Assembly: GCF_009914755.1 (NCBI RefSeq)
Contig: NC_060947.1
DNA: 64,000 nt
From: the human T2T-CHM13v2.0 reference genome, Homo sapiens
Direction: 5' to 3' (one strand)
The notes below the pieces were generated by a model. That model did not search any database, had not been told where the DNA came from, and worked only from the letters and a program-made list of their open reading frames with translations. Both the position numbers and the translations under genes were made by a program. Below are positions 40,644 through 53,150 of the stretch, one piece after another; within the stretch, counting starts at the first letter, position 1, and each line of letters opens with the position of its first letter.

Positions 40644-41716
40644 TTTTTCTTCAACTTTTATTTTAAGTTCAGGGGTACATGTGCAGGCTATGCAGGTTTG
40701 TTACATAGGTAAATGTGAGCCATGGTGGTTTGCTGTGCAGATCATCACATCACCTAGGAATTAAGCCCAGCATCCATTAGCTATTCTTCCCGATGCTCTT
40801 CCTCACCCCACTGCTCCCCTCTAACAGGCCCCAGTGTGTGTTGTTTTCCCCCATGTGTTCACGTATTCTCATCATTCAGCTCCCACTTATAAGTGAGAAC
40901 ATGTGGTGTCTGGTTTTCTGTTCCTGTGTTAGTTTGCTGAGGATAATGGCTTCCAACTCAATCCATGTCCCTGCAAAGGATGTGATCTCATTCCTTTTTA
41001 TGGCTGCTTAGTATTCCATGATGTCTATGTACCACATTTTCTTTATCCAGTATACTATTGATGGACACTTAGGTTGATTCCATGTCTTTGCTATTGTGAA
41101 TAGTGCTGCAATGAACATATGTTTGCACGTATCTTTATAATAGAATGATTTATTTTCCTTTGGGTATATACCCAGTAATGGGATTGCTGGGCCAAATGGT
41201 ATTTCTGCCTCTAGGTCTTTGAGGAATCACCACACTGTCTTCCACAATAGTTGAACTAACTTACACTCCCACCAACAACGTAAAAGTGTTGCTTTTTATC
41301 CACATCTTTGCCACCATTTGTTATTTTTTGACTTTTTAATAATATCTATTGCAACTGGCGTGAGATGGTATCTCACTGTGGTTTTGATTTGCATTTCTCT
41401 AATGATCAGTGATGTTGAGCTTTTTTTCGTATTTGTTGGCCGCATGTATGTCTTCTATTGAGAAGTATCTGTTCATGTCATTTGCCCATTTTTAATGAGG
41501 TTGTTGGTTTTTGCCTGTAAATTTAAGTTCCTTGCAGACTCAATATTAGACCTTTGTCAGATGGACAGAGTGCAAAAATTATCTCATATTTTGAAGCTTG
41601 TCCATTTACTCTGATGATAGTTTCTTTTCCTGTTCAGAAACTCTTTAGTTTAATTAGATCCCATTTGTGAATTTTTGCTTTAGTTGCAATTGCTTTTGGC
41701 ATTTTCATCATGAAAT
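40644..41716 (-). mobile_element. L1PA10/11-like 3' end
   Basis: cttcaacttttattttaagttcaggggtacatgtgcagg...taagcccagcatccattagctattcttc...cagctcccacttataagtgagaacatg. Confidence 0.93.
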
Positions 41717-42308
41717 GTTGTTTCATTTTGCATGTTTCAAATTTTCTATAAATAGGTCCATACTATATGCATTCTTCAACAACTTGCTTTTGTTGCTCAA
41801 ATCATGCTCTGTTACCAAATGAGTACATTTATCTCTTCAGCAACAATGCACTGACCCTATACTAAGGTTTTCATGTATTTCTATTTTATACATATTATAT
41901 ATATGCAATATGTTATTATACTTACTGTAAAATGGTCATTTAGATTTACTCATGTTTTCTACTTTTACCATTCTTTATACCTTCCTGCATCTGCACACTT
42001 CCACTAGGGAAGTTTTTAAAACTTCTTAGCTATTATCTCTTCAATGTTGCTTGGTTCCATTCTTGTTTCCCTCTCATCGTAGGCCATCAATTTTAAATAC
42101 ATGTTTAAGCTTCTCACTGTATTGTCTGTCTCCTACCATCTGTTCTATATTTTCTATCTTTTTGTTTCCTTATTGATTATTTCTCCTGAATTATTACCTA
42201 TTTTACTTACTAATTCTTCAACTGTTAAGCCTAATACTGTAGAACTTGATTTCTCTTACTGTTTTTTTCATTGTTGTTTCCTAGAATTTCTATTTGGTTC
42301 TCTTTTAA

Positions 42309-42844
<536 letters not shown>

Positions 42845-43072
42845 TAACTTCTTTGGGAGACAATGGTATCTTCTTCTAGAGAAGGTTTCCATTGGTTTCT
42901 GCCAGTTGCCTTCAGTCACTTAAGCCTATGTTTATCATAATCCAATTTCAGGGATTGAGAGTTGCTTGGCTGCCTAGGTGACACAAAGTCAGTGACAGTT
43001 TGGACAAGCGCCATTTTTCTTTCAGTTTGCCATTACTCTTACAATGCTTTCTTTCAGGTTCTTGGTCTAAAG

Positions 43073-43281
43073 AAGAGGTTGGCAAGTTGGAACCCATAGG
43101 CCAAACCTGGACAACAAGCCAAATCCAGTCCATGGCCTACTTTTGCATATGACCCATGGACCAAGACTTTTTTTTATATTTTTAAAAGTTTGAAAAATAG
43201 TCAACAAATAAACTGGAGACCATTTGTGGCCCATAAAGATATTAGTCTCTGGCCGTTTACAGATAAGTTTCCCAACCCCTG
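43073..43281 (+). mobile_element. MER58B/C (hAT-Charlie)
   Basis: TIR-like ends gaggttggcaa.../...ttcccaacccctg; perfect 8-bp TSD gtctaaag at 43065-43072 and 43282-43289. Confidence 0.88.
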
Positions 43282-43586
43282 GTCTAAAGTATATTTTACT
43301 ATTTTGCTAGATCACTTTTGCTAGATCCTAGACCCAATTTTTGTCTCTTAGATCAGCAAGGGCTTTTAAAAAGAGACTCAGCTTCTCTGTTACCTATCCC
43401 TAATCAGCAAACTATCTCAAGAAAAAGGGGAGTTTTGAATGCCGGGTTCACTTCTCTGTATTTCTGTCTTCTCCCATATGTTTGCCTGGTGATTGTTTAC
43501 TAATATTTTAGCTCTTTTGTGCTTTTAAGAAGACAATTTTAAAATGTGAATTAAATATAAAAATATTCTTGCAAAAGAATGTAGGT

Positions 43587-44005
<419 letters not shown>

Positions 44006-44383
44006 TTAACTTACATGTATTAAGTATATTGTTTTAAAATTTCATTTATATTTTACTACTAAAAATTATGTCATTATTTATCAAAGCTTCTTGATAACTT
44101 TTATAATCTTTCTGTATATTCACACTTTTAATCTCATATATTTTAAATATAATAAGTATACTTTTAAGTTTTTTGTCTAATTCCAGTATCTAAAGTCTTT
44201 TCTTTCTGAATCTTCTGTCATTTCAGATGGCTTTTGTTCATGATGCCTTCATTTTTAGTGTTTGTTTTTTGTATGTGAACTCATTTCTTAGAATTGTAAC
44301 TATGTAAATTCTTTGAGGACTAGCAATATCTTAAATTAGATACCCTTACTGACCCTTCCACTGAAAATAACTAATACAGAGAA

Positions 44384-44992
44384 TAATGTAAAGTATTCGC
44401 TTTACATTAAGGGAGGAGTATGGGAATAGTTTACATAAAGGGATTAAAAATAGTTCACATACATACTCCTCCCTTAATGTAAAGGGAATAGAGGGTGCAT
44501 TCTTCTATGCACTTGGGGAGGAGAACTGGCTACAGGTGAGCTTCATCAATCTTGTCCACACAGGCTACACTATTATGGGGCAGTCATCAATTGATCACTT
44601 ATTAATTGATGATTAATGACTATATTTAGTTTCTTATAAAAATGTGTGAATGATTTTGATTACCATTGCAACAGTTCAAAGAAAACTTGCCTGACCTTCA
44701 GGGTTGAAGCTAAGATTTCCACATTTTATTGATATAACTTGAGGATATATCAATTTTCTTTTTTATTAAAATTAATGTTAATTTTCTATATAGCACTGCC
44801 GCATTTATGTAGACTGAACAATAAACAACCAAGTGTCTAGGGGTTGACTTTCATACTGATTTACCTTTCTGCATTTCCATTCAAACTAACTTACTTTTTA
44901 GGGAATACTTTACATTAAGGGAGGAGTATGTATGTGTATACATTACATAAAGGATCCCCTTTATATTAAGGGAGGAGTATGTATGTGAACTA
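44384..44992. repeat. Cluster of direct and inverted copies of ctttacattaagggaggagtatg
   Basis: Copies at 44400-44422 (+), 44462-44484 (-), 44908-44930 (+) and 44959-44981 (+, one mismatch), plus shorter partial copies. Confidence 0.95.
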
Positions 44993-45300
44993 AATGAAAT
45001 ATGATCAGAAGTAGTATGTGTCACTTCCAGACTCGGGCATTTAAAAGTCTCTGTCTAATTGCTAGCTCTCTTTCCCAGCCTCATTATGGAACACATTGTG
45101 TTGAAGTGACGGAACCAGAAGGTAGACACTCTGATTGCTAAGTCCCTTCATGGTGTACAGCTAGCTGCCCAGGAGTTTCATCTGACTTGCATTGTACCCA
45201 TGTGCAACAAATGAAGTGCAAGAAATGAAGAGAAATGTCATTAAGATTTCAGAGCTAACTCATTACTTCAGCATAGCCTAGCATTTTCCCAATGGATTCT
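44993..45300 (+). mobile_element. MLT1J-like MaLR LTR lacking its 5' part
   Basis: aatgaaatatgatcagaagt...tgtgtcacttcc...gcattta; 3' end ttacttcagcatagcctagc. Confidence 0.75.
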
Positions 45301-45404
45301 ATCCTACAAAAGCCAAAACCACAGACATTTTGAGATACACTGAGATCATAACCTGAATCGTTACAGACATGAAGCTAGTAATGTCATCAGAAGCAGCAGT
45401 TACG

Positions 45405-45590
45405 ACAACTAACTTTTATTTAGTCCTTGCTTTTTGCCAAACATAGTAGTAAGCACTTTGCATACTTCAATTCCTCCATCTCCACCATAACCCTATGAGG
45501 TAGGTACTATTAGTATCCCTCTTTTAACTTATGAGAAACCCAAATCTTAGGTAAATTAAGTAATTTCTCCAAGGTCCCCGAGCATGGAAG
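45405..45590 (-). mobile_element. MIR
   Basis: aaccctatgaggtaggtactattagtatcc...taagtaatttctccaaggtc. Confidence 0.85.
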
Positions 45591-46254
45591 TTGTCCTGGC
45601 TGACAATAAATTATAAATCTTTCTACTCTTTGGCACTGCCTTTAACACACTTCTTTCATTTAAGAAACATTTATTCAGGGCCTGCCAGGCCCTTAGCTGC
45701 TGCATCTATAGAATCCAGGAACCAAAATGGGTTACTTTCCTCACAGGGGCTAATGTCTAATTTCATGCAACATAAAATCATATATACAATCACATGTTTT
45801 CACACATACTAACATTCAAGTCGCTTCTTGGTCCAGTTAGCGTACTCACAGACCTAAGATGCAACTATTTGCTCTTATGCACTCATCAAACAAATGCCAG
45901 GCACTGGGAATACAAACTCCAGAGACATGGTACCAATTCCTAAAGTAGAATACCTTTTAGGATAGAAATCAATCAAATAATCTTTTTTTTTCTGGAGGAA
46001 TGGTTAAATCGAGGCTATGAAGAAACCCACAAGATAAACTCAGATTCTATTACACTTACAAGTCACAGTTGAGACTTTATCTAGCATATATTTTAAAGTC
46101 ACACATCCTCTGTGAAGTCAGTGGGACTCTGGATATTTTAATCAACACTAATTAACCCATACTGATAGTTACAGCTTATTTTTCTTAGAATGCAGCTATT
46201 CTCACCCTTAGACAGCTTTTTCTATTATTTGTAAGGAGCCCTGTTTCAAGACAT

Positions 46255-46490
46255 AATAATACTATTACTACTAACAATTATAATGATGTGCTAAACTACG
46301 TACATATATACATACATATATATGTGTACACATATATATGTGTATATACATACATATATATGTATATACATATATTTAATCTTCATATCAATCCTATGAG
46401 GGAAATGCTGTGATTATCCCCTATTTTATATATGAGGAAACTGAAGATCAGAGGTTGTGATTTTTCTGAGATCACATAACTTGTAACCTC
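46255..46490 (-). mobile_element. MIR with embedded compound microsatellite
   Basis: tttaatcttcatatcaatcctatgag...attatcccc.attttata.atgaggaaactgaag. Confidence 0.8.
46297..46375. repeat. Uninterrupted alternating pyrimidine-purine tract (TA/CA/TG)
   Basis: Seen directly; contains a perfect 28-bp palindrome at 46314-46341. Confidence 0.95.
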
Positions 46491-46944
46491 AGAAAAATTG
46501 TAGCTTGCTACTCCCCATATACACCTGCTCATTTCCCAATCAGCGTAGTTAGCCCATCCTCAAGTGTAAGTGGAAGTTAACATAACATAAATTGACCTAC
46601 TAATTGAGATCATAACCTGAAATCTTTCAGACAAACACATTAAGCCAACCTTTCTACAGAGCAGCCAGTCTATGCCACAACCTAATTTACAACTATCTTA
46701 ATCCCAGCTGACAACAAGAGACAGAGCCTGGCTGCAGGCTTCTCCTGAGGAGAGAAGCCATAGCCTCCACCCATTGAATGGACCGAGAGTAGGTCTTGAC
46801 TCAGAAGCAACCAATCCATATAGATTAACCAGTGACGTACGAAGGTCCAATGATAATTCTCAGGCCAACCAGATTCTAACCCCAGAATAGGAATTGGAAA
46901 AAAAAAAACAAAACACGCATAAAGAACAGCCAGTTGATAGTTCA

Positions 46945-47025
46945 TACATTCATTCAACAAATACTTAGATTTCTAAATCAGCTGCTATGTGCCAGGAATT
47001 GTTCTAGGGGATACAATAGTGAACT

Positions 47026-47062
<37 letters not shown>

Positions 47063-48600
47063 CTCATTGTCTAGTGCGAAGAAGAAAAAATAAATAATTG
47101 GTTAAAATAGGAGTATCGCAGATGATGATGAAAGCTATAGAGAAAAGTCAATCAAGGAAAGCGATAGGGAGAAATACCAAGAAAGCTGAGGTGGAATAAG
47201 GTGAAAGTAGCAGGTGATGAAAATGAAAAAAAAATTTTTTAGGAAAGGTAAAAAATGCCTTCTAGGCCATTGTACCCTGATTGAAATGGTAAGTTACAGG
47301 GGGCTTCAGAGAAGGAGATTGACAGGATGTAACTTAAAATTGAAAAGGATCACTGTGGATGCTATATTGAGATTAGATAGCAGAGGTTAAGGGTAGAATT
47401 AGAGAAACAAGTTAGGAGCCTATTATAATAATCCAGAAAGAAGGTAGTGGAAACTTGGACCAGGGTGGGAATAGCAGAAGTAGAAAGAAATGGTTGAGTT
47501 TTGGTTATAATTGGCAGTAGAGCCAACGGGATTTGCTGAAGTACTGAATGTGGGATGTGGGAGAAAAAAGGGTCTTGAATAACTCTTGCCTCTGTAACTA
47601 GAATAATGGACCTGCCATCTTCTGACTTAGAGAATGCTACAGATTGGTCACATTTGGGGTAGATACGTACTTGTTTTAAATGTATTAAGTTCAAGGTTAA
47701 ATATATTAAGTTCGACATTAGCTACTAATGTGGAGATGTTAAGAATGCCTCTAGATATATGAGTCTGGTGTTTGGAGAAGAAGTCTAGGCTAGAGATACA
47801 AATTTGAAAAACATCAACGTATAGATGGTATTCTAAACCATGGAACTGGGTAAGTCAAGAGGGAATTAATATAGATAGGGATAAGATCTGAGGACTAAGT
47901 CCAGGGGTAGACAAATATTTAAGAGTAGAAGATGTAAAGAAAACAGCAGAGAAAATGAAGAAGGAGTAGTCCATAAGGTAGAAGGAAAATCAGGAGAGGA
48001 CACGTTCTGAAATTCAGGTTAAGGTATTTCAAGGAGGAAGGAATGATTAACTGTATCAAATACTACACGTAATTCAAGTATGGTAAATAATGATAACTGA
48101 TGATTGAATTCAATAATGAGAAGTTCTTTGACCTGGACAATAACTGTATTAATAGAGTGGTGAGGATGAAACACTGATTTGAGTAGGTTCGAGAGGAAAT
48201 GTGAAGAGAGGAAATAAAGACAGTGGGTACAGGTAACTTTTTCAAGGAGTTTTCTTATAAAAGAAAGCAGAGAAATGGGACAGCATCTAGAAGTGGATGT
48301 GGGGCCAAGGTGGGTTTTTTGTTTGGTTGGTTGGTTTAGTTTGTTTTTAAGAATGAGGAAATTGCATCATGTTTTTATGCACACAGGAATTATCCAGTTA
48401 ACAGGGAAAAACTGACAGTGAAAGAAAGGGAAAATTGCTGGGATGCTGTTTTTGAGTAGGCAAGAAGGGATGAGACTGACTGTACAAGTGAAGGGCTGGG
48501 CTTTAGTTAAGTCATCCATAGCACCAGAAGAGAAGGCTGAATATACAGGCAGAGATACAGAGGTTGGAGTGTGCGAGTGGTCATTCTCTTCCGGTTTAGG
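46945..48600 (-). mobile_element. Long L2a fragment with (AC)n at 47029-47058
   Basis: cattcattcaacaaatac...tatgtgccagg (L2 3' end, antisense); aaaaggatcactgtggatgct; ggtagaaggaaaatcaggagag. Confidence 0.88.
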
Positions 48601-49830
48601 AATAAAGAAGCAAAGACAACTAACAGAGTCCAGTTAATGACAGAGTTCTGAAGTGGAGATCTGTGAACAGTTTCAGCTAAGGGAGTGTGACAAGAAAACC
48701 CAGTCCTTGGAGCTGCTTCCCTGGATACTGAGTGACAACTGTCTGTGGGTTCACTGAGATACACCACATACCAGTTACTTGAAGGATCTTGAGTACTTCT
48801 TTGTTCCTCAAAATCAAGAGAGTTTAACACACCTGCAGAAACTTTAGTCCCAGGTGTCATATGTGCGCCAGCTTATCCTTCACTCTAGTGGATCTTGAAT
48901 TATGTTTTTCCCAGTCCAATTTGTTATGGTTTTAACAAAAAAAAATAATGTTAACTACATGACGTTTTTGGCCCCTCCCAACCATATGAGACTTTGATAC
49001 TAGGAATACCAGACATTACGGTAGGTACCTGATGATATGAGTCTGCTCCTGGGTTGTGGCTGTTTTGAGACTAGCTATTTTGATTGCTACTATGTTTCTC
49101 TATTGCCATATTCATATGCCCATTATCATTTCTCCTCAACTTTTTATATATGCAAAATAATTCTGTGATGAAACATTGATGCCCAGATTTGATCGATGAT
49201 TAATTTCCCATAAACTTTCATGTTTGTGATAATAATTTACTCCAATAAAAAGCTCTATCATAGAGTATACCTACAGTGTCTAACATCGTTTATACAACTT
49301 TTTAGTGGTTTTCTTATCAGCTCACAGTATGACAGCAAGTTTAGTATAAACATTTAGTCCAAATAAAAGGGAAAGAATTAGTTAGTTGTGACTATGAATG
49401 GGAAATTCCTTTAGCCAACGGAGGCATCTATTGCATTCCCTCTATGATTTAAACAGTTAAAACTTTTATGATTTGCATTTTAGGGCCACCACAAAGTAGG
49501 CATGAAAATGTTGATATTTTATATACTTAGCATGACAATCAGAACCAATTAGCCTTTAATCAAATACCACATTTCTATAGCAGGTTAAAAAAATACTAGG
49601 CTGTGGCAGCATGTATACTCTCAAATTTCAGGAGCTTAACACAACTTAATTCTGTGTCTTGTTCTTATAATAGTGCAAAGTGGCATATGTTTTCTACAGG
49701 CAGCTTTCCTCCATGCAGTGATGCAAGTACCTCGGCTCCTTCCAACTTATAGATTTGTCATCTTCAGGGGCCTTACTATTTGCATGCAGCCAATGAAAAT
49801 ATAAGGAGAATAAAAATGATACACCTACTT

Positions 49831-50285
49831 AACATTTTAAAGTGCGCAATACCATATAATTAACTGTAAGTCCTGTGTTGTATAACAGACGTGTTGAACT
49901 TATTCCTCTGGCATAACTGAAACTTATATACCTATGAGCAACATTTCTCCATTTTCTCCTTCCGCCACCCCCAGGTCGGGGCAACCACCATTCTATTCTT
50001 CATTGCTATGATTTTGGCTATTTTAGATACCTCATATAAGTGGAATCATGCGGTATTTGTCCTTCTGTGACTGGCTTATATGTAAAGATGATAGGTCTCA
50101 TGTTAAGTGTTTCTACCACAAAAATAATAACACAAGGAAATTTTTGGTGATAATGGTTATGTTCAATGCCATTGATTGTGGTGATGGTATCACTGGTGTA
50201 TACATATTTGCAAACTCATCAAAATGCATACATTAATTATGTGTAATTTTTATGTATCAATTATACCTAAAAAGCTTTAAAAAAG
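49831..50285 (+). mobile_element. L1MB2-like 3' fragment with 5' inversion
   Basis: 49831-50079 is antisense 3'UTR; 50081-50285 is sense and continues from the consensus position where the inverted part stops (tctcatgttaagtgtt...ttgattgtggtgatgg...tcaattatacct). Confidence 0.8.
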
Positions 50286-50468
50286 AATAGGTACAACCAT
50301 TTCATAAAAGCCTTGGAATCAAAGTGACATACATAATTTTCACTCCCATTCCATTGCAAAGATTAGTGAATGGCCACAACTAGAATTGAAGGGGTCTAGA
50401 AAGCGTGGTTTCTGGCTGGCTAGCTGCCATCCAACAATACCTAACGAGACACAAATTGTGTTGCTAAG

Positions 50469-50980
50469 TGTGATGGTTGGTCTCCAGAGTTGACTCTAAA
50501 TGAGCCATGCCTCGTAGTATGCATGCCTTTGGGTATCCCCGTCCCACATTAAATCTGAATTTCTTTCTAACTTTCTTTAATCAATAGAATTCAGCAGAAG
50601 TGACCCAAGGTCTGTTCTAGAATAACGGCTTCCACTTTCGTGCTCTTGAATATGTTGTCCCACCATGTAAGAAGTCCAGTAACACCAATCACGTGACCGT
50701 GTAAAAAGGCCATATGGAGATTGGATGTGGGTTGTCCCATCACCCCAGCCAACCCCAGCCTTTCCAACCAAGGTGCTAGACTATGTAAGTGAAGACATCT
50801 TGTATGTTTTAACCCCAGTCATCTTCTGACTGCAGCTGTGTGAGGGATCCCAAGCAAGTCCAGCAGAAGAATCACCACATTCAGCTCAATCAATACAGTC
50901 ATGACAAAATATAAAATGGTTGTTGTGTTAAGCTGCCACATTTTGTGGTAGTTTGACATGCAGCAATAGATAACTGAAAC
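50469..50980 (+). mobile_element. MLT1G/H-like MaLR solo LTR
   Basis: tg start; caccatgtaagaagtcc; gtgaagacatcttg; 3' end gcagcaatagataactgaaac. Confidence 0.83.
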
Positions 50981-51838
50981 TCACAGCTAGCCATCTTTGC
51001 CAAAGTTTCCAAACAAATCGCTTTCTTTTACTTTAACGGTTTTTCTTGACAAAGACCAGACAACTGTATTTTTCTTGAGATGAAAATAAAACCTTTTATT
51101 CTTGTATAGTAAAGGTGAAATATAACACAAGGTATCAAATTTCTAGAGCATCCAATGGCCACATCACATTGGTCTGCTTTGAAGGGTCAGGAAGTTCCTT
51201 TAGGAGTAGAGAGACCTGCTGACATTTTTCTAATACTACTTTATAAGTGGCTGTTTAGACTGCTTACTTGTAAGTTCAGCTCGAATAAAAGTAGAAGGAA
51301 GAGGAACAAAAGAGAAAACATGGAAAGAAGGAAGAAAAAGGGAGGTGGGAAGGAGAGATCTTATGAGTTACTAAACAAATTACATGAGGAGCAAAAGTAA
51401 ATAAGAAAATGACACAAGAAGAGAACTGCCTATGAAGTCAAGAAGATCAAAGATATCTAATGGCATAACATGCAGTTCAATATGGGAGAGTGAATGAAGG
51501 GGAATTAGCATATTTTATTTATCATAGAGTAAACTGATTTGTAGTAATATGAACTGAGTATAATTATATATTTTGCACTGCAATGTGGAATAATTTCCAC
51601 TAATTATTTTCAATTTTGAGGGAGTTTTTTTTTTCTTGAAACTCTTCTCAATCTATGGACAAGTAAACTGTGGCCTGAAAGATAAGTAAAAACCAATGGG
51701 AAATGAGCCTTTCCAAAACATGGACCCCACAAAACCCCTGAGGCAGTAAAGAGGTTGTCATGATGAAAGAACTGAGAGTCAGTCAGTTGAGATGAAGCAG
51801 AATAACAGAAAAAGTGACTGCAGGCTAACTGTGTAGAT

Positions 51839-52052
51839 CAAGTTTGTCCAGTGGGCCACATGTGCTCCAGGACAGCTTTGAATGTCACCCAACAAAAATT
51901 TGCAAGCTTTCTTAAAACTTTATGAGATTTTTTTTTTGCAATTTTTTTTAGCTTATCAGCTACCATTAGTGTTATTGTATTTTATGTGTGTCCTAAGATA
52001 ATTCTTCCTCTTACAGTGTGGCCCAGGGAAGCCAAAAGATTGGACACCCCTG
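51839..52052 (-). mobile_element. MER30 (hAT-Charlie) inside an L2 fragment
   Basis: gtggcccagggaagccaaaagattggacacccctg terminus; caggacagctttgaatg. Confidence 0.92.
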
Positions 52053-52802
52053 ACATAGAGTTTTTGAGAAACTTTGGCTTTTAAGGACACTGAGTAAGAT
52101 CAGGAGCCATTGCAGAGTTTTGAGAAGAGAAATAGGAGAATACAATACCTCAAGCAGAGCCTTCCCAGAGCAAGTTGTCAGGCTCTGGTCAAGACTTAAC
52201 TGCTCTCTGACTCATCACACCAAGTATGCTCCTCCCATTGCTCCAGTCTCCCTCTACATTGTATATTCAGTCAGGAATCATTTCTTGCATTTCTATTTTA
52301 TGTCAGGCCTTGTGTTTCAAGATGAGCAAGACACAGTCCCTGCCTCCTCAGAACTTGGAATCTAACAGGAATTTAAAAAAAAAAAATGCTGTCCTTATCA
52401 ATATTAATTGCAGTTTAATTAGAGGTTTCATTGAAATGTTCTAATATTTTTCACTTGCTTGCTCTCAAGGATTGCTAGGGGTCTGGTGTTGAACACCGGT
52501 ATTTTAGCTTGCTTTCCCATAAAATGGAAAATGTGAAACCTAACATCCAAAGTCTATTTACCAGTATGATTTGAGGTTTGCTTTGTCTTAATTTCTGATT
52601 GGCATTTCCTAAGCAGCTTTTAGTTTCTCACTCAGTTGAATATTTAATGGCCTAATAAGCAAATACTTGAGAGGTCACTAGTTTAAATAACCTGTCATCC
52701 TTTTTGTAATGAAAGAAATCATTTTGTCAGCTGGCTGCTTCACACAATCCTCAGAAAGCTTACGACACATTTGTTTGCAACCAGCAATTAGCACGACTTT
52801 CA

Positions 52803-52849
52803 CCGCCCCCCCCCAACCACCCCCCCACCGCCCCAACCCCCACCCGCCC
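52803..52849 (-). other. Potential G-quadruplex (minus strand) / i-motif (plus strand)
   Basis: Six C-runs of 3 or more (C9, C7, C4, C5, C3, C3) with 1-5 nt spacers, in unique sequence. Confidence 0.75.
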
Positions 52850-53150
52850 ACACACACCTTTTTATTGTTTTCCCAGGGAGTCTGCATAAAGAGCAGTTAA
52901 GTGAGTTAAGCTGGCCATTCCTTCAGATAGCCCAGAGAGATCTGGAACCCACAGGAGCCACCTGTCAGTGCTTGTGGGTGATTGGGAAAATTCCTGGAGG
53001 ACACCTGTGGCAACTCTCTGTTGTCCCTAGGCATAAAGCCCAAATCACTTTCTTTAATGTTTGTAATTTATGTTTGCCTACTATTTTATACCTTTTCCTC
53101 CTAAAGCTATTATATTACTTACAGTGTTTATAGTCTGAGTTTCCAAACTT

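Larger units (their letters stand above)
49575..51003 (-). mobile_element. Old MLT1-type LTR (antisense) hosting L1MB and MLT1G/H insertions
   Basis: ctaggct...gcagc...ctcaaatttcaggagcttaacacaac; ttccattgcaaagattagt...tggccaca; ends cagctagccatctttgcca. Confidence 0.65.

Noticed and set aside
44400-44992. Repeated 23-mer with a Shine-Dalgarno-like aggagg, read as a CRISPR-like array or bacterial insert
   Set aside because: Spacing is irregular, orientation is mixed, there are no cas genes or bacterial-type ORFs, and the context is entirely primate.
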